Assembly (NCBI GenBank): GCA_963838445.1 | Contig: CAWIRT010000044.1 | Coordinates: 47,509 to 111,508, forward strand | DNA: 64,000 nucleotides | Origin: an uncultured Acidobacteriaceae bacterium | GTDB lineage: Bacteria; Acidobacteriota; Terriglobia; Terriglobales; Acidobacteriaceae | Reading direction: 5' to 3' | Part shown: piece by piece, positions 57,590-64,000 of the stretch | Position numbering within the stretch: position 1 is the first letter of the stretch | Layout: each line of letters opens with the position of its first letter | Position numbers and translations under genes: made by a program | The notes under the pieces: model-generated | The model's database searches: none | Told to the model about the DNA's origin: nothing | The model's input: only the letters and a program-made list of their open reading frames with translations

Positions 57590-59239
57590 CTAAACACGAA
57601 CTCGGACTTTTCGGCGCTTAGAGCTTTGCTCCGGCTGTTGTGGGTTTGCTACCAGCGCGATGGCGTTTGCGAACGCCGGGCTTTCAAACGCAACCAGGGC
57701 TTCATGCAAAAATGCGCAGGCAAAGCGAGTTTTGTCGGGTTGGGCGTGCAAGTTTGCCATTTCGCCGAGCACTTCGCTCAATCGTATTCGTTTTAGATCG
57801 CTCGGCTTCAACCTTGTTTCGGGGTTAGCAGCGGCCATGAAATTGAAGATCACCATGGCATAGAAGATGCGGTTCGCCTGCTGCATCAGGAAAAGACGCG
57901 CGCGGTGGTAATCTTTCAAACCTGATCCGAAATAAGTCTGCAGCATGAGCTCGCGCTCGTGCTCCCTGGTCGCAAAGAAATTGGCGATTGCGGCCAAGTC
58001 TACATATCGATCGGCTGCGAAAGCCGACTCCCAATCGACAAGCCACGCTTTGTCTCCCTGGAACAATACGTTGCCCGGGTTTAGATCGTTGTGGCTGGAA
58101 ACGAAATCGCCTTTTCCCCGTTTTTCCCCGGGGTAGGCTTTGACCAACTCGGCAAAGTAGCGGCGATGCTTTTCAAGAGCCCTGGCGGGGAGGATGCCGG
58201 TCGCCAGGCAGCTGGACATCAGAGAGCCAACGCCGTGAAGATAATTGACCAGAGTGGGGAACAATGGCGCCGCGTGCAGAACCTTGACCGTCCTGGTTAA
58301 GGTCCGGACGAGTTCTGGTTTGTTCCATCCGGCAGCGGGCGTCAGGTCTGCCGAAATAAAGTCGGTAATGGCTATTCCTTCTTTTGAGCCGGCATATATC
58401 AGGCGTGGGGCTACGGCTGCCTCGGCGGCGATTCGAAGACAAGCGTATTGCCGATAAGGATCGCGAAACCCATCGGACGGCCCCTCAATACGCAACAAGT
58501 AGTTGCGGCCATCGACGGTGAGCTTGAAAACCCCAGCGCCAGACGCTCCCTTTGTCATGCGCTCGACCGAATGGATCGCAGCCCCACCAAACGCGTTTTG
58601 GCATGCATGAAGCGCGGCTTCCCGTTTGGGAAATGGGATCGATAAATCGAGCGGCGAAGAGGCGCATCCAAAAGCGGCCGGAGCGAGCCGCCATATGTGG
58701 TCACGCACATCAGTGGGCCAGGCGGTGGTTAGGGCGGAGAAGCGAGCAGCATCGCCGGCGAACAGGGAGCGGATTGCCTCTTCATAGCCGACTGCATCTC
58801 CAGCCATCGCCGTCATAAACCGATAGAGGGCTTCGCGCGCAGCACGAATATTTTCTTCACTTGAGTTCAGTCGACGAGCCTGTTCCACGATCCTTCTTAA
58901 CGCGGCAGATGCGCCGCCTGGCTGCCGGCCCAACCACTCCCAATGCCGGGGCAAGAGGGTAACTTCCCGTGGAACAACACCCAGCCTGGGACGCCCTGGC
59001 CTTCGCAACTCATCGGGTTCTTCCGGATCCGCCGGATCGGGACCGTCTTCGGCATGAGTTGGCAAGCGACTGACGTCAACATCTATCTGGTCTCCGGTTC
59101 GATCGTCAAAGATTAAGACCGGGCCGGTTCCCCTCGCCATTGCTTCCTGAACTTTCGGCGCGATCAAGGCCAGCGGACCAGAGGCGATGCGACGAGTGCC
59201 CTCAAACGCGGTTACTTCATGCGGATGCTGAATGGTCAT
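57590..59239 (-). CDS. fusion protein: N-terminal DUF2239 domain + C-terminal aminoglycoside/choline-kinase-type phosphotransferase (APH) domain
   Basis: DUF2239-like block GRPRLGVVPREVTLLPRHWEWLGRQPGGASAALRRIVEQARR. APH catalytic motifs SHNDLNPGNVLF and LVDWESAFAADRYVDLA. The likely start is ATG at 59239 (MTIQHP...). Confidence 0.65.
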   Translation of the reverse strand: MTIQHPHEVTAFEGTRRIASGPLALIAPKVQEAMARGTGPVLIFDDRTGDQIDVDVSRLPTHAEDGPDPADPEEPDELRRPGRPRLGVVPREVTLLPRHWEWLGRQPGGASAALRRIVEQARRLNSSEENIRAAREALYRFMTAMAGDAVGYEEAIRSLFAGDAARFSALTTAWPTDVRDHIWRLAPAAFGCASSPLDLSIPFPKREAALHACQNAFGGAAIHSVERMTKGASGAGVFKLTVDGRNYLLRIEGPSDGFRDPYRQYACLRIAAEAAVAPRLIYAGSKEGIAITDFISADLTPAAGWNKPELVRTLTRTVKVLHAAPLFPTLVNYLHGVGSLMSSCLATGILPARALEKHRRYFAELVKAYPGEKRGKGDFVSSHNDLNPGNVLFQGDKAWLVDWESAFAADRYVDLAAIANFFATREHERELMLQTYFGSGLKDYHRARLFLMQQANRIFYAMVIFNFMAAANPETRLKPSDLKRIRLSEVLGEMANLHAQPDKTRFACAFLHEALVAFESPAFANAIALVANPQQPEQSSKRRKVRVRV

Positions 59240-59328
59240 TGATAGTCTGCACCGAACGCAGGCCAATTATATCCGGGTAAAATAGATAAACGCAATACTG
59301 TCCGGATTAAATAACGATGGAAACAATG

Positions 59329-59377
59329 GGTTGACATGACAACCCATCTCGAGCATATTGTGGTTGACATGACAACC
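59329..59377 (+). promoter_or_regulatory. two copies of a 16-bp motif ggttgacatgacaacc, 33 bp apart, in a divergent promoter region
   Basis: Copies at 59329-59344 and 59362-59377; each contains TTGACA. The first TTGACA (59331-59336) is followed after 17 nt by CATATT (59354-59359). The second copy would then cover the predicted transcription start. Confidence 0.4.
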
Positions 59378-59412
59378 GAAAAAGCCGTCCTTTCGTCCGG
59401 GGACGATCTCGA

Positions 59413-60324
59413 GTGCTGATCAGGGATTGGCACGACGTCCTTTCGGGGCTGGAAGCCGACTCGTCCCTGATTGAACCGGAGCAATTACGAGAGCGCCTGG
59501 AAGTGCTGGACGCCCTCGATGCAGGATTCGGAGACTTCGATTCAGCGCCGTTCAGCAACGACAGGAATGAGCGGATTTATCAGCGGGTAAAGGCAATCCG
59601 TACGCGCATCGAAACCATCAATGCGGAACTTTACCAGTCCATCCGCTCTGAGATCATGCATGGCGCTCAATGTTGTGCACTGCTTCGATGGATTCAGGGT
59701 CCGGCGAACCGGGAGGACGAAGAAACTCCGGCTCCGGGCCCGGCCTACGACTACCGGGACGAGGTGCTTAGCGGTATCCTCCAGCTCCGCGAGCCGAGCG
59801 AAGCGAATCTCCGCCCGGCACGCGAGATGGTCTTCTATCAGCCCACACCCGTCCGCCATATCCTCCATCTGATTGGGGCCAGTGCTTTGTCTGCAGCCGA
59901 CGTTTTTGTCGATATCGGATCCGGGTTGGGGCACGTGCCACTGCTTGTATCCATGCTGGCTGGAGTTGAAAGCCTTGGCATTGAGGTGGAAGCCGCGTAT
60001 GTTGCGAGCGCGCAGGAGTGCGCGCAACGCCTCCGGAAAAGTCGCGTGCGTTTCATTCACGGAGACGCAAGGACGGCAGATTTGTCCGTCGGGACAGTGT
60101 TCTACCTGTATTCGCCTTTTACCGGCTCGATCCTGACTGACGTGCTGGATAGGCTGCGAACGGAGAGCACAGTTCGGCCAATCAGGATCTGTACGCTGGG
60201 GCCTTGCACATCCACGGTAGCGAGAGAGTCATGGCTCACAGCGACTGCGCTGCCCGATCCGGATCACATCACTGTTTTCCAGCGCCGCTGCGCTCGGTCG
60301 AAAAAACATCTCCCGCAGGGCTAG
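59413..60324 (+). CDS. class I SAM-dependent methyltransferase-like protein (DOT1-like layout)
   Basis: Motif I FVDIGSGLGHV followed by LGIEVE and FIHGDA, then VFYLYSPF. ~150-aa helical N-terminal region. GTG start. Confidence 0.55.
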   Translation: MLIRDWHDVLSGLEADSSLIEPEQLRERLEVLDALDAGFGDFDSAPFSNDRNERIYQRVKAIRTRIETINAELYQSIRSEIMHGAQCCALLRWIQGPANREDEETPAPGPAYDYRDEVLSGILQLREPSEANLRPAREMVFYQPTPVRHILHLIGASALSAADVFVDIGSGLGHVPLLVSMLAGVESLGIEVEAAYVASAQECAQRLRKSRVRFIHGDARTADLSVGTVFYLYSPFTGSILTDVLDRLRTESTVRPIRICTLGPCTSTVARESWLTATALPDPDHITVFQRRCARSKKHLPQG

Positions 60325-60477
60325 ATGGGGGTGAAAGCGCTTTTCTCATCAGTCCCATACCTGAACGGCCCGACTGAAGTCATGCCCTGATACAGGGCGA
60401 TCAGAGAGGTGACTCGAGAGAAAGCCAGTTTTCTGAACGCGGGTGCGTTCCGGGATTGCACTGCCGGAGAACGATTT

Positions 60478-60807
60478 TCATTTCTTCACGACCTCAACGG
60501 CGGTGACCGCATCGAGGATGCGGTCGCGAGATAGATCTTCATCGAATTTGATCCGCGCGATATCTTCTGCATCATGCCTGGTCGGAGCATAGATCTGGTA
60601 CGAAAGCGAGGCGATGGTGTGGTACTTGCATTGGACCATATATTTCCTGATTTCCGATTTCGATGGTTGTGCCGCTACCAATTGCGTTTTTGCCTCTCGA
60701 CCTGGGGCCGATTGTTCGATCGGCGGTTGCGGGGTCTCTGAGATTTTCGTGATGTCTTTGGAAGGCGTTTTCGACGCGTCTGGCTTTTTTTTAATGCGAG
60801 GCATACG
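60478..60807 (-). CDS. small hypothetical protein with a basic, disordered N-terminus
   Basis: MPRIKKKPDASKTPSKD..., then a ~55-aa compact C-terminus (YMVQCKYHTIASLSYQIYAPTRHDAEDIARIKFDEDL). No known motif. Confidence 0.4.
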   Translation of the reverse strand, partial: RMPRIKKKPDASKTPSKDITKISETPQPPIEQSAPGREAKTQLVAAQPSKSEIRKYMVQCKYHTIASLSYQIYAPTRHDAEDIARIKFDEDLSRDRILDAVTAVEVVKK

Positions 60808-61036
60808 CTTGTTATTGTGACTCCGTTTCCGGCTCCCGAAAAGAGTCAATCTGTGTAAAAGCCGGCCGCCGCCACGATGATGCATCACGCTCGCAGCGCT
60901 ACCTGGATATTGCTCTGCCGCTTGTGCGACTCCGATTGCGCGTTTGTACTATGAACGAGTTTTCGCGACGAGGATCAGGATCTAATATTGCATCGACGAG
61001 TTTCGCTTGTGCATGCCCTGGCTCTACCCGTCCCAT

Positions 61037-61414
61037 TTAAGCGCGTATTCGGACGGAACCGAATCCGGGTGCGGGTGCACCCGCTTCCAGCGCTTTTAAC
61101 CATTCGCGAATGTCATCGCAGAGTGAGGCAACGGAGATCGATCCGAAGTTCGCGGGATAACGGTCGAGCCGGCCCAGGGCGGCTTGCAATAACAGCGCAG
61201 TCCCTCGGGGATTATTACGTTGCAGGTGATGGAACGCGGCTGTGATCTGAATCAAACCCTGCAGGAACATCTTCTCCGGCTCCTGCGCCAGCAACCACAC
61301 ACTTTCCCATGCCTCATGGGCGGCAAAGAATTCCCCTGCATGATAGAGTCGCAGGCCCTCAGCAAGTGCGCCCTGGGTCCAATCAAATTTCATCCGCTCC
61401 GGTCCCCATGCCAC
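61037..61414 (-). CDS. DUF309-family protein
   Basis: GLRLYHAGEFFAAHEAWESVWL...LQGLIQITAAFHHLQRNNPRGTALLL matches the DUF309 helical repeat. Confidence 0.7.
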   Translation of the reverse strand: MAWGPERMKFDWTQGALAEGLRLYHAGEFFAAHEAWESVWLLAQEPEKMFLQGLIQITAAFHHLQRNNPRGTALLLQAALGRLDRYPANFGSISVASLCDDIREWLKALEAGAPAPGFGSVRIRA

Positions 61415-61536
61415 AAGCTAACATCGTATGTACAGATTTTGCCCCTGCCGCTATGAGTCTAGAGCATTTTCACTTCTGCTCTGGACAGGCAAGCGTAGTG
61501 ATGTGCGGCTTTTCTTGAGGAGAGGCCGCGACGGGA

Positions 61537-62286
61537 GTGGTTGCTTTGTATACGCCAGAAGCAAAAATGCTAGTCTCCGGTCCCGCGCCCGTCGCTGAGC
61601 CCTTGCAAGTTACCATTGCCGCCGACTGGTTCTGTATGGGATCGGATACCGGTCAGGACGTGGAAAGCCCTGTGCATCGTGTTTGGGTAGATTCCTTTGC
61701 CATGGCGGCAACTCAGGTCACGGTTGGGGAATACGCGCGGTTTCTGGGCACAACCGGCGCCGCGCCACCACCCTACTGGGGCCAGTTCAACTTCGATCAT
61801 CCGCAACAACCAGTCGTCGCGGTTTCCTGGTTCGACGCCGTCGCCTATTGCGCGTGGCTCTCTACAATGACGGGCTCGCACTACAGGCTACCTACAGAAG
61901 CTGAGTGGGAACGGGCCGCCCGCGGCGGTGTCGACGGGACCGCCTTTCCCTGGGGCGACGATCCGCCAATGTCCCGTCCTGACTACCATGCTCGTTGGAA
62001 GAACGGACCTGAACCCGTCGGACAATCGCAGCCGAACGCTTACGGCCTGTTTGAGATGTGTGAAAACGTACATGAGTGGTGCAGCGACTGGTTCGAACCG
62101 GGCTACTATACGATTTCCCCTGATCGTAATCCGCGCGGACCCGAAGAAGGCAGCCGGAAAGCATCGCGCGGAGGCTCCTGGCGCCACCACATCAAAATCT
62201 CACGTTGTGCGGCACGCTCCAGCATTCCACCGGAATTCCAATACGCCGATTATGGTTTTCGCGTTGTGCGCGGCGTAGTTTGCTGA
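61537..62286 (+). CDS. formylglycine-generating enzyme (SUMF1/FGE-sulfatase) family protein
   Basis: VSWFDAVAYCAWLS, YRLPTEAEWERAARGG, NAYGLFEMCENVHEWCSDWF, RGGSWRH and YGFRVV. The start may instead be the ATG at 61567. Confidence 0.8.
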   Translation: MVALYTPEAKMLVSGPAPVAEPLQVTIAADWFCMGSDTGQDVESPVHRVWVDSFAMAATQVTVGEYARFLGTTGAAPPPYWGQFNFDHPQQPVVAVSWFDAVAYCAWLSTMTGSHYRLPTEAEWERAARGGVDGTAFPWGDDPPMSRPDYHARWKNGPEPVGQSQPNAYGLFEMCENVHEWCSDWFEPGYYTISPDRNPRGPEEGSRKASRGGSWRHHIKISRCAARSSIPPEFQYADYGFRVVRGVVC

Positions 62287-62369
62287 GCACGCCCTAAATT
62301 TCCCTTCCACTGGTGGCAAAACAGCGATCGATGTGAAACCCTAGTCTCAGAAAATAGACCGACAACACC

Positions 62370-63704
62370 ATGGGAATGTCCTACTGGTATCGGCGAGTAT
62401 TTCTGCTTGCCATCCCACTGATTCTTTCGAACCTCACCCAGCCACTGCTCTCCATGGTGGACACCATCCTCTCGGGCCACTTGCCTGGCCCGGCGGCGCT
62501 GGGCGGCGTAGCGGTCGGAGGCATCTTCTTCAACTCCGTCTACTGGACCTTCGGCTTCCTGCGCATGGCCACGACTGGCCTGGTCGCGCAGTCGCACGGT
62601 GCCGGAGATCAGGATCAGCTGATGCACCACTTCGGCCGGTCCCTGCTCACGGCTCTCCTCATCGGGGCTTTGATCCTCGCCCTCCAGAAGCCGCTCATCT
62701 CCGCATCTCTTGCGCTGCTCGGCGCCAGCCCCGAAGTGCATCAAAACGCGCTGGTCTATTGCGGCATCCGCATCTGGTCAGCACCGGCAGCCCTGGCTAA
62801 CTACACCATCCTGGGCTACCTTCTGGGCCGGCAGCGCGCCCGAACCGCTTTGCTGTTGCAAGCGATGATTAACGTCGTCAACGTGGTCCTGGCTCTGATG
62901 CTGGTCTTATGGCGTCACTGGGGCGTGGCCGGCATTGCTACCGCGACCATGACCGCCGAATGGACCGGATGCATTCTCGGTTTGATCATCATGCTGGCCA
63001 CCGGCGCCCGCCCCAGCCATGTACGCTGGAGCGAACTGATCGACGGCGGAAGCCTGCGCCGGCTCTTTGCTCTCAATCGCGACATTCTTCTGCGCACACT
63101 GAGCCTGGTCGCAGCCTACGCCTGGTTCACCCGGACCGGCGCCCGCTCCGGCAATGCAATCCTGGCTGCCAATGCGGTTCTTATCAACTTTCTCTGGATC
63201 GCCGGATATGGACTCGATGGTTTTGCCAACGCGACGGAAGCGCTGGTCGGCGAAGCGATCGGCGCACAACGCGTGGCGGACTTCCGCGCTGTGCTCAAGG
63301 CCAGCTCCGTTTCAGCATTCACCGTGGCCGCCGGGCTCTCGCTCCTGTATCTCGTTTTCGGCCGAAATATCATTGCCGTTTTCACTAATCAGCAGGAGAT
63401 TCGTTCGCTCGCCGCGCAGTTTCTTCCCTGGCTGATTGTCTTGCCCATGGTTGCGGTGTGGAGCTTCATGCTCGATGGTGTTTACATCGGAGCCACCCGC
63501 GCGCAGGAACTACGCGACAGCATGGTGATCTCCCTCATCGGATTCCTTGGCCTCGCGGTTGTTCTCACCGCTCGCTTCGGCAACCATGGGTTATGGTGCG
63601 CCATGCTAGCCTTCATGGCTCTGCGGGCAATTACCCTGGCCCTGCGCTTGCCCGGAATGGAAAGGAAATCCTTTGCCGTAGCGCCAGATCCAGTTGAGGC
63701 TTAG
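62370..63704 (+). CDS. MATE-family efflux transporter (DinF-like)
   Basis: 444 aa, ~12 TM segments. N-terminal LAIPLILSNLTQPLLSMVDTILSGHL is typical of MATE proteins. Confidence 0.85.
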   Translation: MGMSYWYRRVFLLAIPLILSNLTQPLLSMVDTILSGHLPGPAALGGVAVGGIFFNSVYWTFGFLRMATTGLVAQSHGAGDQDQLMHHFGRSLLTALLIGALILALQKPLISASLALLGASPEVHQNALVYCGIRIWSAPAALANYTILGYLLGRQRARTALLLQAMINVVNVVLALMLVLWRHWGVAGIATATMTAEWTGCILGLIIMLATGARPSHVRWSELIDGGSLRRLFALNRDILLRTLSLVAAYAWFTRTGARSGNAILAANAVLINFLWIAGYGLDGFANATEALVGEAIGAQRVADFRAVLKASSVSAFTVAAGLSLLYLVFGRNIIAVFTNQQEIRSLAAQFLPWLIVLPMVAVWSFMLDGVYIGATRAQELRDSMVISLIGFLGLAVVLTARFGNHGLWCAMLAFMALRAITLALRLPGMERKSFAVAPDPVEA

Positions 63705-63785
63705 TGTGGTTCAGCTCTCCAGATTAGGGTGATGAACGCACGGCTTCAGCCGTGCCACGTCGGTGGTTGAAAAGCTCCGAACGGC

Positions 63786-64000
63786 ATGGGCAAGATAAGC
63801 ATCCTCGGGGTTCCTTCGGCTACGCTCAGAGCTTGTGACTTTTTTGATTTGGCCTGTAGTTTGTGGCTGGAAAGCTGGGAAGAGCATCTGCCAACAAGCC
63901 TCGCCGGGGTTCCTTCGGCTACGCTCAGGACAGGCTCTTCGACTGCGCGCCATAGGCCGTCCGTTATGCGATAGATCCGCGCGGCGCTTCGCTCAGGATG
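63786..64000. repeat. second copy of the core of the 55.5-kb MITE-like element, plus a REP hairpin; truncated by the window end
   Basis: 63828-64000 matches 55492-55664 with about 7 mismatches. ggcacggctgaagccgtgcc-type hairpin at ~63738-63757. Confidence 0.75.

Noticed and set aside
1-64000. Prophage, integrative element or defence island
   Set aside because: I could recognise no integrase, recombinase, reverse transcriptase, restriction/modification pair, helicase-nuclease, toxin-antitoxin pair or phage structural gene. The only mobile-element gene is the IS5-family transposase.

Overview
GC-rich bacterial chromosomal segment. It holds about 45 protein-coding genes and one intact IS element. 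Most intergenic gaps are filled by short palindromic (REP/MITE-like) repeats.

The gene content points to Acidobacteriota:
- Four full-length genes and one remnant of FtsX/MacB-type 'ADOP' permeases, with no ABC ATPase anywhere in the window. Two of them are paired with acidobacterial-type PadR regulators.
- An ECF sigma factor translationally coupled to a Ser/Thr kinase-TPR protein.
- An ECF sigma / zf-HC2 anti-sigma / HEAT-repeat operon.

The remaining genes are housekeeping or accessory: GH31 glycosidase, NagB-like deaminase, SerB, cytochrome P460, a LytS/LytTR pair, an HTTM membrane protein, an NHL propeller, a DUF3500 + HupE/UreJ pair, an MBL hydrolase, an amidohydrolase, a MATE pump and an FGE-like protein.

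I found no rRNA, tRNA, CRISPR array, prophage, integrase, reverse transcriptase or recognisable defence gene.

The most unusual signals:
1. A near-perfect 7 x 99-bp tandem array at 51188-51890. It is stop-free in five of six frames and lies in an intergenic position.
2. Nine otherwise conserved genes are broken by 12 single-base frameshifts and one in-frame TGA. Several breaks fall in homopolymer runs, so either the sequence quality is poor or pseudogenisation is unusually heavy.
3. An IS5-family element inserted into a REP-like unit. It has a 4-bp duplication, and the empty site can be reconstructed from a paralogous copy.
4. A 364-bp MITE-like palindrome with 48-bp perfect termini.
5. An SdpA/SdpB-like membrane pair placed divergently from a PAL-like NHL propeller.
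6. A DUF2239-phosphotransferase fusion placed divergently from a methyltransferase, with a duplicated 16-bp TTGACA-containing motif between them.

All functional calls come from reading motifs in the translations. No database search was possible.
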